Shown: piece after piece, positions 49,000 to 60,021 of the stretch | Numbering within the stretch: the first letter of the stretch is position 1 | Layout of the letters: each line of letters starts with the position of its first letter | NCBI GenBank assembly: GCA_965205855.1 | Contig: OZ242184.1 | Coordinates: 1,088,001-1,152,000 of the forward strand | Length of the DNA stretch: 64,000 nt | Origin: Thermodesulfobacteriota bacterium | GTDB lineage: Bacteria; Desulfobacterota_D; UBA1144; Nemesobacterales; Mycalebacteriaceae | Direction of reading: 5' to 3' | The notes under the pieces: model-generated | What the model was told of the DNA's origin: nothing | What the model saw: only the letters and a program-made list of their open reading frames with translations | Databases searched by the model: none | Translations under genes and position numbers: made by a program

Positions 49000-51241
49000 C
49001 TTTCCTTTTTGTACCTGTTTTTTTTCTGACAACGGGTTTAATCTCACCGTTTTCCAAACGCTCAAAATCAGAAGCGTTTCTACACTTGGGATAGCCCGAA
49101 CACGCAAGAAATTCCACGCCGTCCCGCCTTCTCTTCCTTATAAGCATTGGGTCGCCGCATTTGGCACAGTCGATACCGGCATCTTCGGGTTTCTCGGCTT
49201 GTTTGACCGTTATTTTATCTCCGTCCCTTTCAAAATCGGACGCGTTTTTACATTCGGGATAGCCCGAACACGCAAGAAATTCCGCGCCGTCCCGTCTTCT
49301 TTTTTTGATTACCATGGGCTTGTTGCAGGTTTCGCAAGCAATTCCCGTTTCTCCGGGCTCCTCGGACTTTATAACCAAAATCTTATCCCCGTCCCTTTCA
49401 AAATCGGACGCGTTTTTGCATTCGGGATAACTCGAGCAGGAAAGAAATTCCCCGCCTCCGCGCCGTCTGTTTTTGACCACCATGGGCCTGCCGCATTCGG
49501 CGCAGGCAATATCCGTTTCCTGAATCTGATTTGACGCTGTCTCCGCCGTCTCAATACGTTTTTTCAAACCCGATTCTTCGTCAAGATAAAAGTCCCGTAA
49601 CAACGCATCCCACGCTTCGCCTCCCTGTTCAACCCTGTCCAGTCTTTTCTCAACCTGTGCGGTAAATTTTTCATCCATTATGTCGGGAAAAGCCCTCACG
49701 AGGTAGTCGTTCACGGCACAACCCAACGGTGTGGGGAAAAGAGCTTTTTTATCTTTCCCGACATACTCTCTGTCCTGAATTGTGGAAAGAATGGAAGCGT
49801 AGGTTGACGGGCGTCCAATCCCCTTTTTCTCAAGTTCTTTGACAAGAGACGCCTCATTGTAGCGCGGAGGGGGTTTTGTAAAATGCTGAGAAGGAACGAC
49901 CTCCTCGCATTTGAGTTTTTCCCCCTCGCTGAGGCGCGGAAGCGTCGCCTCCTCATCCTCCGCTTTGCGTACCGGAGGTGAAACCGCTCTCCACCCCGCA
50001 AATACGTCAACCGTTCCAACGGCGCGAAAAACCGCCTTTCCGGCTTTTATCTCTGCCGTTGTTTTCTCATCAATCGCAGCGCTCATCTGGCAGACAGCAA
50101 ACCTTTTCCATATCAACTCATATAGGCGCGCCTGGTCTTTCTCAAGAAACTTTGCCATTTCTTGCGGGATTCTGGAAATTGAGGTAACCCTTATTGCCTC
50201 ATGCGCGTCCTGAGCGTCTTTTTTGACTTTCTGAACCGGAGGCTTTTCCGGAACAAATTCTCCGCCGTATTTCTGTGTCAGAAAACTCCTCGCTTCTTCA
50301 ACCGCCCTCGGGGAAAGGCGCACCGAATCGGTTCTCATATAGGTTATAAGTCCGACAGGCCCCTCGGAGCCAATTTCAACTCCCTCGTAAAGCCTCTGGG
50401 CAAGGTTCATTGTCTTCTTTACGGAAAAACCGAGTTTTGTTGACGCCTCGCGCTGGAGCGTGCTTGTTATAAAAGGCGCAGGCGGGTTTGATTTTACTTT
50501 TTTCTTTTCAATGGATGAAATATAAAACGGCTCGTTTTCCAACGCTTTGACAATCTCAAGTGCTTTCTCATTATTTGGAATTTCATTTTCCGAGCCGTCA
50601 AAACTGCGAAATTGAGCACTGAATGATTCACCTCCGGTCGTAAGCAGGTGCGCCTCTATCTTCCAGTATTCTGTCGGATTGAAGGCCTCAATTTCACGCT
50701 CCCGTTTTACGACAAAGCTTAGCGCGACGCTTTGAACCCTTCCCGCGCTGAGAGAACCCCCTATTTTTTTCCAGAGCAGAGGGCTTACCTTGTAGCCAAC
50801 AATTCTGTCCAGTATACGCCTTGCCTGTTGCGCTTCAAACTTTGCCTGATCAATCTCCGAGGCATTGTTGAAAGTTTCGAGAACACCTTCTTTTGTTATT
50901 TCCCTTATGAGAACCCGCTGCGCTTTTTCTCCGAGATTCAACTGCTGTGAGATATGCCATGCGATTGCCTCCCCCTCTCTGTCCGGGTCTGTTGCAAGAT
51001 AGACTCTATCCTTGCCTCTGGCGGACTTGCGCAGAGAGTCAAGAACTTTTCCCTTGCCCCTTATGACATCATAGTCGGGCTTAAATCCGTTTTCCAGATC
51101 AACACCGAGCCTGCCGTGGGTTTTATCGGAAAGGTCAACGACATGCCCCACAGACGCCTCCACATCATATTCCGCGCCGAGGTATCTTTTTATTGTCTTA
51201 GCCTTTGCAGGCGATTCCACTATTACAAGAGATTTAGCCAT
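48986..51241 (-). CDS. topA: DNA topoisomerase I with three C-terminal zinc ribbons
   Basis: LVIVESPAKAKTI, ATDPDREGE, SAGRVQS, ITYMRTDS, QDAHEAIR and GIGRPSTYA motifs. Confidence 0.97.
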   Translation of the reverse strand: MAKSLVIVESPAKAKTIKRYLGAEYDVEASVGHVVDLSDKTHGRLGVDLENGFKPDYDVIRGKGKVLDSLRKSARGKDRVYLATDPDREGEAIAWHISQQLNLGEKAQRVLIREITKEGVLETFNNASEIDQAKFEAQQARRILDRIVGYKVSPLLWKKIGGSLSAGRVQSVALSFVVKREREIEAFNPTEYWKIEAHLLTTGGESFSAQFRSFDGSENEIPNNEKALEIVKALENEPFYISSIEKKKVKSNPPAPFITSTLQREASTKLGFSVKKTMNLAQRLYEGVEIGSEGPVGLITYMRTDSVRLSPRAVEEARSFLTQKYGGEFVPEKPPVQKVKKDAQDAHEAIRVTSISRIPQEMAKFLEKDQARLYELIWKRFAVCQMSAAIDEKTTAEIKAGKAVFRAVGTVDVFAGWRAVSPPVRKAEDEEATLPRLSEGEKLKCEEVVPSQHFTKPPPRYNEASLVKELEKKGIGRPSTYASILSTIQDREYVGKDKKALFPTPLGCAVNDYLVRAFPDIMDEKFTAQVEKRLDRVEQGGEAWDALLRDFYLDEESGLKKRIETAETASNQIQETDIACAECGRPMVVKNRRRGGGEFLSCSSYPECKNASDFERDGDKILVIKSEEPGETGIACETCNKPMVIKKRRRDGAEFLACSGYPECKNASDFERDGDKITVKQAEKPEDAGIDCAKCGDPMLIRKRRRDGVEFLACSGYPKCRNASDFERLENGEIKPVVRKKTGTKRKAESG
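49030..49530 (-). repeat. Three tandem 168-nt repeats encoding TopA C4 zinc ribbons
   Basis: Identical 28-mer at 49088/49256 and identical 29-mer at 49221/49389. Protein repeat C..C..PM....RRR.G.EFL.CS.YP.C.NASDFER. Confidence 0.9.
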
Positions 51242-51259
51242 TGTCAGTCTCACATTATA

Positions 51260-52249
51260 TCAAATTTCAGGCATTCTCAGGCGTCTTACCCATTGCCTGT
51301 TCTCAAGATACCACTCAACGCAGGATTTTACGCCTTTTTCAATGTTAACTTCCGGCTTCCAGCCGAGGAGTTTTTCCGCTTTTGATATGTCCGCTCCTGT
51401 CGCTTCCGAATCGGCCGGATGCATGGGCTTGTTTTTCAAGACCGCTTTTTTCCCAACGCAACCTTCTATCATGGCGATAACACTGTTGAGTGCAACGGAA
51501 TTTCCGCCCGCTATGTTAAGCGGCTCAAACCCCGCATGCTTGACTGAGAGCAAAGTTGCTCTCGCTACGTCCTCAACAAATGTAAAGTCTCTGCTCTGTG
51601 TTCCGTCTCCGTAAACCGTAATCTCCTCGCCCTCCACAATGGCGCGTACGAAGCGGAAAATGCTCATATCGGGTCTCCCCGCCGGACCGTAAACCGTAAA
51701 ATACCTCAGAGCGGAAATATCAATATTGAAAAGTCTGTGATATGAATGGCAAAGCCCCTCGCCCGCGGCCTTGGATGCTGCATATGGAGATAAAGGTCTG
51801 TCAGTCGCGGAATTTTTCTCGGAAAGAGGAAGTCTCCCGTCTCCGTAAACACTTGACGAGGAGGCAAAAACAAACTTTTTGATGCCGTTCCTCTGGCATG
51901 CTTCAAGAAGGTTGAGAGTGCCGATTACATTTGTTCTGTAATACTCGGAAGGAATTTCCGCGCTTTTCCTGACTCCAGCGCGCGCCGCGAGGTGAATTAC
52001 CGCTTGAGGAGAAAAACGTCCCTTCAACTCCGAGAAAAAACCGCTAACCGTTTTCGCGTCCGAAATGTCCGACTTGTAAAACACAAACCCGTCCGAACCG
52101 GACAGGCTTTCAAGCCGCCTTTGTTTAAGCGTCGGGTCATAAGAGTCGTTCAGATTGTCAACTCCAGCAACCCCATCCCCTCTCTCAAGTAGCATTGCGC
52201 AAACCCGTGCCCCTATAAACCCCGCACAACCCGTTACAACAAAATCCAT
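51260..52249 (-). CDS. NAD-dependent epimerase, UDP-glucuronate 4-epimerase-like
   Basis: TGCAGFIG, DNLNDSYD, HLAARAGVR, ASSSSVYG, YAASK, FTVYGP.GRPDM and RDFTFV motifs. Confidence 0.88.
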   Translation of the reverse strand: MDFVVTGCAGFIGARVCAMLLERGDGVAGVDNLNDSYDPTLKQRRLESLSGSDGFVFYKSDISDAKTVSGFFSELKGRFSPQAVIHLAARAGVRKSAEIPSEYYRTNVIGTLNLLEACQRNGIKKFVFASSSSVYGDGRLPLSEKNSATDRPLSPYAASKAAGEGLCHSYHRLFNIDISALRYFTVYGPAGRPDMSIFRFVRAIVEGEEITVYGDGTQSRDFTFVEDVARATLLSVKHAGFEPLNIAGGNSVALNSVIAMIEGCVGKKAVLKNKPMHPADSEATGADISKAEKLLGWKPEVNIEKGVKSCVEWYLENRQWVRRLRMPEI

Positions 52250-52270
52250 TTTTTTACACTGTTCTCCTTA

Positions 52271-53581
52271 CTAATCAGGCTCGCCCAAGCAAAAATACCG
52301 GAAGCCCATTTTTTTCATTGACTGAGGAGAATACATATTCCTGCCGTCAACAATAACGGGAGATTTCATTACGGAAAGAAGCTTGCCGAAATCGGGCTGT
52401 CTGTATTCGTTCCATTCCGTGCTTATAAATAGCGCATTGGCCCCCTCGCACGCCTCGTAGGAAGTGCGTGCCTTCTTAAGACCGGAGGGAATGGAGTCTT
52501 TGGAAGCGCCGTCAAAAGCCACTGGGTCGTGAGCGCATATTTCCGCCCCTGCGGTCAGGAGTTCATTGATAACATACAGAGCGGGCGCCTCTCTTGTGTC
52601 ATCAGTGTTGGGCTTGAAAGACACACCCCAGAAAGCAATTTTGACCCCCTCAAACCCTCTGGGAAACAAGACGTTCACCTTGTCCAGAAACAACCCGCGC
52701 TGCCCTGTGTTTACTTCATCCACGGCAGAACAGAGTTTCATGTCAAAACCCAAATCGGCGGCGGTTTCTACAATGGCCTTGACGTCTTTGGGCAAGCATG
52801 AGCCTCCGTATCCAATTCCGGGATACAGAAATTTGCCGCCTATCCTGTCATCGGACGCCATAACGGAACGCACTTGAGAAATGCTCGCGCCGGTTATTTC
52901 GCAAAGGCGGGCCATTTCATTCACAAATGATATGCGTGTCGCAAGCATGGCGTTTGAGGCGTATTTGGCAGTTTCGGATGAGCGTATGGAGATTGAAATC
53001 AACCTTTCACTGCGCCTCATATAAGGAGAGTAGAGAGACCGGAGGATGTCTTCGGCTTTCTTGGATTCGGTTCCTATGACAATCCTGTCTGGACTGAGAA
53101 AATCTTTTACCGCGGAGCCTTCTTTGAGAAATTCGGGATTGGAGGCGACATCAAAATTTCGTGCGCCGTTTTGTAATACAATCTCCCTGACCTTCTCAGT
53201 TGTTCCCGGGGGAATGGTGCTTTTTGTTACTATAAGTTTGTAATCGCCTCCGCACAGACCGCCAATTTGTTTCGCGACATCAAAAACAAAACTCAAATCG
53301 GGCGAGCCATTCTCCGTCGGGGGCGTCCCGACCGCTATAAAGACAATTTCCGAATCTGAAACGGCTTTTTCCGTGGAGTCTGAGAAAACAAGCCTTCCCG
53401 CCTCAATGTTTTTAACGACTATCTCTTCAAGGTTCGGCTCATAAAAAGGCACGATGCCTTTTTGAAGAGATTCTATTTTACCGCCGTCTATGTCGGCGCA
53501 TGTAACAAAGTTTCCACTGTCCGCCAGACACGCGCCCGTGACCAAACCAACATATCCGGTTCCTATAATTCCTACTTTCAA
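52271..53581 (-). CDS. ugd: UDP-glucose 6-dehydrogenase
   Basis: GTGYVGL, AVGTP, KSTIPPGT, NPEFLKEG, GYGGSCLPKD and FKPNTDD.RE motifs. Confidence 0.93.
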   Translation of the reverse strand: MKVGIIGTGYVGLVTGACLADSGNFVTCADIDGGKIESLQKGIVPFYEPNLEEIVVKNIEAGRLVFSDSTEKAVSDSEIVFIAVGTPPTENGSPDLSFVFDVAKQIGGLCGGDYKLIVTKSTIPPGTTEKVREIVLQNGARNFDVASNPEFLKEGSAVKDFLSPDRIVIGTESKKAEDILRSLYSPYMRRSERLISISIRSSETAKYASNAMLATRISFVNEMARLCEITGASISQVRSVMASDDRIGGKFLYPGIGYGGSCLPKDVKAIVETAADLGFDMKLCSAVDEVNTGQRGLFLDKVNVLFPRGFEGVKIAFWGVSFKPNTDDTREAPALYVINELLTAGAEICAHDPVAFDGASKDSIPSGLKKARTSYEACEGANALFISTEWNEYRQPDFGKLLSVMKSPVIVDGRNMYSPQSMKKMGFRYFCLGEPD

Positions 53582-53699
53582 GGGAGCTTCACCGATTGTG
53601 AATTTTTAACTCTATACGCAAAGAAAAAACATTCAAAGAGCAAACAAATCTTGCAATTAAGAAAGTATGGATGAGGCTTTGCGAAAATCGCAGCCAACA

Positions 53700-54158
53700 T
53701 CAACCTTCCCGTAAGAACCTGTATTCTCTCCCAGCAGATTCAACAACAAAACCACCTTCGGGAAGTGGGCGGGCAGCGTTTGCGATTGAGTAATACGCTC
53801 GGCTCAGAAAGCGTGCCGGAAACTCGCCGCCTTTGATGAGCGCGTAGGGAATGTTTTCCAAATTGACGGTCAGAGCGTTCTTTTCTGTGAGAACCTCCGA
53901 AGTTTCATCGTTTATACCGACTGATATTCCATTTTCCGTCACTGCCGCGGAAACAATAACAAAAGGCGTGTCCTCAACCTCAACGGGAATACTGACACTG
54001 CCTTCAACAACCTTGTAGCTTCCATCCTCCATACGGCGGAGATTGCGGTTGTTCTCAAGATAGGTCCACCTGTGTGTTATCGGAACGTCGTTCTGAAACC
54101 ACCTACCCTTTTTGTCTATAAATATCCGCTGTATCGGCGGCTTTTCGGGGCAATTCAT
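53700..54158 (-). CDS. DUF1285-like protein
   Basis: I.IDK.G.W.....PI, V.VEDTPFV and PY......ARF...AYY pattern. ATGA overlap with the upstream ATPase. Confidence 0.65.
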   Translation of the reverse strand: MNCPEKPPIQRIFIDKKGRWFQNDVPITHRWTYLENNRNLRRMEDGSYKVVEGSVSIPVEVEDTPFVIVSAAVTENGISVGINDETSEVLTEKNALTVNLENIPYALIKGGEFPARFLSRAYYSIANAARPLPEGGFVVESAGREYRFLREG

Positions 54159-54835
54159 ACTATTTTCCCGTCTTTCATCGTAACAACCTTGCGCGCGCAG
54201 TCCGCGACCTCTTTCTCGTGGGTAATCATAACAACCGTTGTTCCGGAACAGTTCACCTCTTTGAGAAGATTCATAATCTCGGTCGTATTGCCGCTGTCAA
54301 GGTTTCCTGTCGGCTCGTCGGCAAGAACAACCGCCGGGCTAGTGCACAGAGAGCGCGCTATGGCAACCCTCTGCTGCTGTCCACCCGAAAGCTGGTAAGG
54401 CATATGGTTGCTCCTGTCAGACAAACCCACGGAATCAAGCATCTCATCCGCCCTCTTCCGCCTTTTCCGTGAAGACAAACCACCGTATAGAAGCGGAAGC
54501 TCCACATTCTCCCGTGCGGTGGAGCGCGGAAGCAGGTTAAAGCTCTGGAAAATGAACCCTATTCTCTTCCGCCGCAACTCGGAAATATCGTCTTCGGACA
54601 GATGGGAAGTTTCCGTTCCCTCAAAAATGTAGGAACCGGAATCCTGAATATCCAGAAGACCCAGAACATTCATCAAAGTGCTTTTGCCAGAACCGGAAGA
54701 ACCCATAATCGCCACAAAATCCCCGGAGAAAATCTCAAGTGAAACTCCCCGCAAAGCGTGAACCGAATTGTCACCGGAAAGATAGGTTTTTTCGATACAG
54801 GAAAGTGATATTATCGGATCATGAGAAGACGGCAT
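54155..54835 (-). CDS. MacB/LolD-type ABC ATPase (no fused permease)
   Basis: [32 protein letters not shown] and [10 protein letters not shown]. 226 aa. Confidence 0.92.
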   Translation of the reverse strand: MPSSHDPIISLSCIEKTYLSGDNSVHALRGVSLEIFSGDFVAIMGSSGSGKSTLMNVLGLLDIQDSGSYIFEGTETSHLSEDDISELRRKRIGFIFQSFNLLPRSTARENVELPLLYGGLSSRKRRKRADEMLDSVGLSDRSNHMPYQLSGGQQQRVAIARSLCTSPAVVLADEPTGNLDSGNTTEIMNLLKEVNCSGTTVVMITHEKEVADCARKVVTMKDGKIV

Positions 54836-54850
54836 ATCGGCAGGGTTGAA

Positions 54851-55963
54851 TCAGAAACGCTTGGGTTGAGGAAGAGACATGCCCCGTCTGGAACCTTCTC
54901 CGCCTGTGCCCGGCACAATTCCCACTATAACATTGTCACCTTCCGATATTTCACCTTTTACAACCTCGGTGAAGATTTCATTGCTCTCACCAACGGTAAC
55001 GGGAAGGCGTTTTATCGCTCCTGACCGGGTTTTTATCCAGACTTCCGATGATGTTGAAGCATGAGCGGAGCCATCCGGGGGAATAAATCGCAGGGCGTCA
55101 GTTGGGATGCGCACAACCCCGTCAACCTGACCGATTTTTACCGTAACATCGGCCGTCATACCGGACTTGAGCATATAATTGGGATTTTCAACAAACGCGG
55201 AAACCTCGTATATGACAGCTCCGGTTCCCTCGATTGGAGACTCCGGCACCGAGAGCACCTTGCCGGAAAACGACTTGTCTTTGAAAGCGGAAACCGTAAA
55301 AAGCACCTCCTGTTTTTGTGAAACACGACCTATGTCCGCTTCGCTAATGCGGATAAACAACCTCATTTTGTCCGAACTTCCGGCGACCTTCATCAACACT
55401 CCGCCTTTGCTGTCAACCGAACGGCCGACTTCAACCGCGCGGAAAATAACCGTTCCGTCAATCGGGGATTTTATCTCCGAGGATTGGAACCTCTTTTTCG
55501 CCTCGGAGAACTCCGCATTTGCCTGCTCCATTGCTATCTTGGCTTTGTTGTAGTCGTTTGTTGAAGTCAGCTGCTTGGCGTAAAGCTCGGACTCGTATTT
55601 AAAATCCGCTTTTTTTGTCTCAAGCTCCGTGCGCGTATTCTCATAACGGGATTTCAGCACCGTCGCATCAAGACGAATAATAACCTCACCGGCGGCAACC
55701 GGTTCGCTCTGCTCCTTCAAAACCTCAACAACGGAGCCTTGTATGGCGCTGTGTATCTCGGCTTCCTCAAAGTGTCTCAATGTTCCAACGGAGGTGATTG
55801 TGGAAATAACGCTGCCAATTGATGCGGGCTCGGTCTTATACTCCACAGAACTGTCATCGGATACGGAAATCCATACGCATCCGACAAAAACGGCGACAAA
55901 AATGACGCGCCATTTCATGCCCATGCCACCCACCGCAGAAATTAGATTTTGAAGCCTTTTCAC
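54851..55963 (-). CDS. MacA-type periplasmic adaptor (membrane fusion protein)
   Basis: N-terminal TM, lipoyl-hairpin-lipoyl, I.SPIDGTV, SEADIG.V and LK.GMTA.V. Start may be 55924 or 55918. Confidence 0.88.
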   Translation of the reverse strand: MKRLQNLISAVGGMGMKWRVIFVAVFVGCVWISVSDDSSVEYKTEPASIGSVISTITSVGTLRHFEEAEIHSAIQGSVVEVLKEQSEPVAAGEVIIRLDATVLKSRYENTRTELETKKADFKYESELYAKQLTSTNDYNKAKIAMEQANAEFSEAKKRFQSSEIKSPIDGTVIFRAVEVGRSVDSKGGVLMKVAGSSDKMRLFIRISEADIGRVSQKQEVLFTVSAFKDKSFSGKVLSVPESPIEGTGAVIYEVSAFVENPNYMLKSGMTADVTVKIGQVDGVVRIPTDALRFIPPDGSAHASTSSEVWIKTRSGAIKRLPVTVGESNEIFTEVVKGEISEGDNVIVGIVPGTGGEGSRRGMSLPQPKRF

Positions 55964-57261
55964 TTACCCACACCCTTGCCGGTTGTTGAGTCTTCGGCGG
56001 ATATTTCACCCGCAACAAAGCTCAACTGCCCAACCAATACCCTTTTAGTATACAACGATTCTTCGTATTTGAGGTAAAATTTTGCATATTCCTTTTCGGA
56101 AAAAACGAGGTCCAGATTTGAGATCACTCCAAGAGACTCTTTCTCACGCGCAAGTATAAGCCTCTTCTCCGCCGTGCCGAGTATCTGTCTGCTCAGCTTT
56201 ATTTCCGCTTCCGCATGGGAAATATCAAGCAACAGACGTTTGATTTCTCTCTCAAGACGCTGTTTTTCAAGCGCGATTTGTATCTCGGTTCTTTCGCTCT
56301 CCGCGCGCACTCTGTCCAGAGCGGCGAAACGCGAAAAACCTTGAAAAATCGGTATTGTCGCTCCGGCGCCCGCGATGAACGCGGGTGTTTCCGCACCTTC
56401 GCCCTCAAATCTGTAAGCTACCCTCCCATAAACCACGGGAAGGAATTCCGCTTTTGCGGCAGCAATATTAGCCTTGTCGCTTTTTAACCGCTCCTCAAGA
56501 CTCAGAAGATATGAATTACTCTTGAACAAGTCCGGCAGAATGTCTTTTTCATCAAGTTTTAAGTCCCTCCGGTCAGCGGGAGACTCAAAAATTATTCCGC
56601 TTCCGTCCCGGACTCCCACCAACTGAAAAAGCGCAAACCGCGCACTTTCAACCTGATTACGCACTCCGCCGGCCTCAAAAACAGCGCTCTGTTCATCAGA
56701 TTCCTGCTGGGCTAATTCAAGCGGGGAAATACGTCCGTTTTTCTCAAGGATGCGGCTTCTTTCAAGTCTAAGCCGTGCGAGTTTTCTGTTTTTCTCCGCA
56801 TAAATAAGACGCGCTTGCTCAAGAAGAACCTTGTGGAAAGCGTTTCTTACCCGCAAGACCACTTCATTGATCGCGTGCTGTTTTGAAAATTCCGCCGCAG
56901 TAATGAGATTTTTGCTTGATTTGACGCGGTTTTTCGTGCGTCCAAAATCCCAGATTATCTGGTCGGCAAAGAACCCCGATTCACGACCGACAAAAGGGGC
57001 GATAATCCTTGAATAAATATTCGGATAGTAGGATGCGGTTGCCTCTTTGCGCAAACCGTCCCGTATTTTCACATCCGCGTGCGCAAGCCTCACTTCAAGG
57101 CTGCTCTCAACGGCCATACGCTCCGCGTCTTCAATCGTGAGCGTTTTGGCAAAAACAGAAGGCGTAACCGAAACGGCAAACACAAAAGCCATGACAAACC
57201 AGCCTCTGAGCGGCAGTTTTTGAAACGGATTGAATTTGAAAATCAGAAACGGAGGACGCAT
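55960..57261 (-). CDS. TolC-family outer membrane efflux protein
   Basis: Signal peptide, two OEP repeats (A.YYP.I, Q.IWDFG; A.AEFLP, IPIFQG) and coiled coils. Confidence 0.85.
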   Translation of the reverse strand: MRPPFLIFKFNPFQKLPLRGWFVMAFVFAVSVTPSVFAKTLTIEDAERMAVESSLEVRLAHADVKIRDGLRKEATASYYPNIYSRIIAPFVGRESGFFADQIIWDFGRTKNRVKSSKNLITAAEFSKQHAINEVVLRVRNAFHKVLLEQARLIYAEKNRKLARLRLERSRILEKNGRISPLELAQQESDEQSAVFEAGGVRNQVESARFALFQLVGVRDGSGIIFESPADRRDLKLDEKDILPDLFKSNSYLLSLEERLKSDKANIAAAKAEFLPVVYGRVAYRFEGEGAETPAFIAGAGATIPIFQGFSRFAALDRVRAESERTEIQIALEKQRLEREIKRLLLDISHAEAEIKLSRQILGTAEKRLILAREKESLGVISNLDLVFSEKEYAKFYLKYEESLYTKRVLVGQLSFVAGEISAEDSTTGKGVGK

Positions 57262-57293
57262 TTTTCTCCGGAGGATGTTGAAAAGTGAAATTA

Positions 57294-57304
57294 ATTATAA
57301 CACA
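57294..57304 (-). promoter_or_regulatory. Extended -10 promoter (TGTGTTATAAT) for the tolC operon
   Basis: Lies 33 nt upstream of the ATG, with a GGAG RBS in between. Confidence 0.55.
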
Positions 57305-57408
57305 AGATTGTCCTTACATTGACCCTAAAAGCGCGTGGCGAATATGGAGAAAAAATCCTCACGCTGTGTAGATTAAAGCCGCAATCCGGTAACAAGGCGA
57401 GTAGTTAA

Positions 57409-58581
57409 GTGAAAAAAAACCTGTCAATTTACATCCATCTGCCCTACTGCGACATCAAATGCCCGTTCTGCAATTTGAACGCATGGGCGGAGAAGGGATT
57501 TGACGAAAATCTCTACATAAAGTCTCTGGAAAAAGAATATGAATCCGTAACCGCCACGATGCCGAATATGGGTTCGGGATATGTCATTGAAACCGTGTTT
57601 ATCGGAGGAGGAACTCCGTCCCTATTCTCTCCGGAGTCAATCGGTCGCATACTGAAAGCGACCGCGGAAAAATGCGAAACCGCCGAAGATGCGGAAATAT
57701 CAATCGAGGCACATCCTCTTTCCTGCGGGTTCGAAAAAACAAGCGGCTACCGCGAGGCGGGAGTCAACCGTATAAGCATCGGGGCGCAATCGTTCTCTTC
57801 GGCAAAACTCGAAACACTCGGAAGGGAACACGGAGCGGAAAGTTGCTTCGAAGCCGTTGAAAACGCGAAAGCCGCGGGTTTTCAAAACATAAGCATAGAC
57901 ATTATCGCCGGAGCGCCCGGAGAAACTCCGGAGATGTTTGAAAATGACATAAAGAACTGCGGCTCCACAGCGGTGACTCATATCTCGGTCTACGGCCTTG
58001 AAATTGAACGGGGAACGCGGTTTTACTCCCTTTTCAAAAGTGGGGGAATATCCTTTCCCTCGCAGGATGAGTCCGCTAGGATGATTGAGACGGCCGAGAA
58101 CAGATTGCGGGAATACGGAATGGAGCGCTATGAGATTTCAAGTTTTGCCGCCAAAAAAAACCGTTGTCGGCACAACATAAACTACTGGCGCCTCGGTGAT
58201 TACATCGGGCTTGGCGCTGGCGCGCATTCCCATATGACAACCGCCGAAGCGCCCTTCGGAATAAGGTGGAAAAACCCGAGAAATCCGTCAGAATATATGA
58301 AAAAAACCATGCGCGGAGTCATCGCAAAACATGAGCCAGTTGATCCGGAAACGGGATTTTCCGACTCCGTGATGATGGGACTCAGGCTTTCCGAAGGCAT
58401 GGATGTAAGGTCTGCCGAGAGGAAATTCGGCGTTTGTGTTAACTCAGGCTCGCTTTCAAAACTTGAAACCGGCGGGTTTATAAGCAGGGAGAACGGGGTT
58501 ACAAAAATGACGGAAAAAGGTTTTCTGGTGGCAAACCGGATTGTTCTGGAAATCACAAGCGGAGCAAAGACGGATTTATAG
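57409..58581 (+). CDS. hemW: Radical SAM heme chaperone HemW (HemN-like)
   Basis: [39 protein letters not shown] and G.GAGAHS motifs. Confidence 0.88.
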   Translation: MKKNLSIYIHLPYCDIKCPFCNLNAWAEKGFDENLYIKSLEKEYESVTATMPNMGSGYVIETVFIGGGTPSLFSPESIGRILKATAEKCETAEDAEISIEAHPLSCGFEKTSGYREAGVNRISIGAQSFSSAKLETLGREHGAESCFEAVENAKAAGFQNISIDIIAGAPGETPEMFENDIKNCGSTAVTHISVYGLEIERGTRFYSLFKSGGISFPSQDESARMIETAENRLREYGMERYEISSFAAKKNRCRHNINYWRLGDYIGLGAGAHSHMTTAEAPFGIRWKNPRNPSEYMKKTMRGVIAKHEPVDPETGFSDSVMMGLRLSEGMDVRSAERKFGVCVNSGSLSKLETGGFISRENGVTKMTEKGFLVANRIVLEITSGAKTDL

Positions 58582-58622
58582 GATATAATTGCCGGAAATT
58601 TTTCGTTTTCCGGAGAATAAAA

Positions 58623-59906
58623 ATGGCAAAAATCAAAACCGTAAAAGCGCGTGAGATACTGGACTCGCGCGGAAACCCGACCGTTGAAGTTGATGTTGTT
58701 TGCTCAGACGGCTCGTCTGGAAGAGCCGCGGCACCATCCGGAGCGTCAACGGGGAAATACGAAGCGTATGAACTCAGAGACTCGCGCAAAAAAAGATACG
58801 GCGGAAAAGGCGTTCAAAAAGCCGTTGAAAATGTGAACCACAAATTGTCGCGCGCGGTCAAAGGGGTTCACGCGCAAAACCAGCGGGAACTTGACCGCAG
58901 GATAAACGGGCAGGACCCGACAAAGTCGAAGTCCCGTATCGGCGCAAATGCTGCTCTGGGCGTTTCTCTTGCGGCGGCACGGGCGGGCGCGGAAGCGGAT
59001 AAAAAGCCTCTTTACCGTCATCTCTCATCCTTGAACGGCAAAACCCCTCTGTGTCTTCCGGTTCCCTTTATGAACATAATCAACGGTGGGGCGCACGCCG
59101 ACAACAACATAGACATTCAGGAGTTTATGATAGCACCGCACGGGTTTGACGGGTTTTCCGACTCCCTGCGCGCCGGAGTTGAAATATTCCACAGCCTTAA
59201 ATCCCTTCTGAAATCAAAGGGGCTTTCCACCTCGGTCGGAGACGAAGGCGGGTTTGCTCCGAATCTGCGCTCCAATGAGCAGGCGATGGAGTTCATAGTC
59301 CGCGCGATAGAAAAGGCCGGATATAAAACCGGAAAACAAGTGTCTCTTGCGCTGGATGCGGCGGCAAGCGAGTTGTTCGCGGATGGAAAATACAGAATCG
59401 GACGCGCGAAACTCTCATCGGACGCGCTTGGAAAAATATACGAGAAATGGTTAAAAGACTGGCCGCTTGTCTCCATTGAAGACCCGATGGATGAAAATGA
59501 CTGGGAAGGATGGCGGGGAATTACGCAAAGCATCGGAGACCATGTTCAGATTGTCGGAGACGACCTGTTTGTTACAAACCGAAAGCGACTTGAAAGAGGG
59601 ATAGAACTTTCCGCCGCAAATTCAATCCTCATAAAAGTCAATCAGATAGGAACGCTTTGCGAAACCTTTGATGCCATGAACCTCGCGGCTGAAAACGGAT
59701 ATTCCCAAATGGTGTCGCATCGTTCCGGGGAGACCGAAGATACGGCAATCGCCGACATAGCGGTCGCCACGGGGTGCGGAATGATAAAAACCGGCGCGCC
59801 GTGCAGAGGCGAAAGAACGGCAAAATACAACCGGTTGCTGAGAATTGAAGAAGAACTCGGCGGCAAAGCGGTGTTTGCGGGAAAAGACATCTTTGATAAA
59901 ACCTGA
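58623..59906 (+). CDS. eno: Enolase
   Basis: [46 protein letters not shown] and [10 protein letters not shown] motifs. Confidence 0.98.
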   Translation: MAKIKTVKAREILDSRGNPTVEVDVVCSDGSSGRAAAPSGASTGKYEAYELRDSRKKRYGGKGVQKAVENVNHKLSRAVKGVHAQNQRELDRRINGQDPTKSKSRIGANAALGVSLAAARAGAEADKKPLYRHLSSLNGKTPLCLPVPFMNIINGGAHADNNIDIQEFMIAPHGFDGFSDSLRAGVEIFHSLKSLLKSKGLSTSVGDEGGFAPNLRSNEQAMEFIVRAIEKAGYKTGKQVSLALDAAASELFADGKYRIGRAKLSSDALGKIYEKWLKDWPLVSIEDPMDENDWEGWRGITQSIGDHVQIVGDDLFVTNRKRLERGIELSAANSILIKVNQIGTLCETFDAMNLAAENGYSQMVSHRSGETEDTAIADIAVATGCGMIKTGAPCRGERTAKYNRLLRIEEELGGKAVFAGKDIFDKT

Positions 59907-59934
59907 TAGGATTATTTTACGGAGAAAAAAAGAG

Positions 59935-60021
59935 ATGTATCGAGGGAAAAAACACAGAGTTTACCGGTTATTGGCAACAGACAGACGGGTTTGGCAACCT
60001 TTCCCTCGCACCTCTTTTTGA
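59935..60021 (+). promoter_or_regulatory. Candidate leuCD leader ORF (28 aa, tandem Leu codons TTA-TTG) with alternative pairings
   Basis: GGAG at 59921 precedes ATG 59935, giving [37 protein letters not shown] (59941-49) is complementary to TTTCCCTCG (60000-08). Confidence 0.35.

Noticed and set aside
49030-49530. Regularly spaced 28-29 nt identical blocks resembling a CRISPR array
   Set aside because: The period is 168 nt, the intervening sequence is also homologous, the blocks are in frame within topA, and there are no cas genes.
59925-60020. Long closing stem considered as 6S RNA or a riboswitch
   Set aside because: At about 95 nt it is too short for 6S and lacks recognisable riboswitch or T-box consensus. 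It is kept only as a candidate leader.
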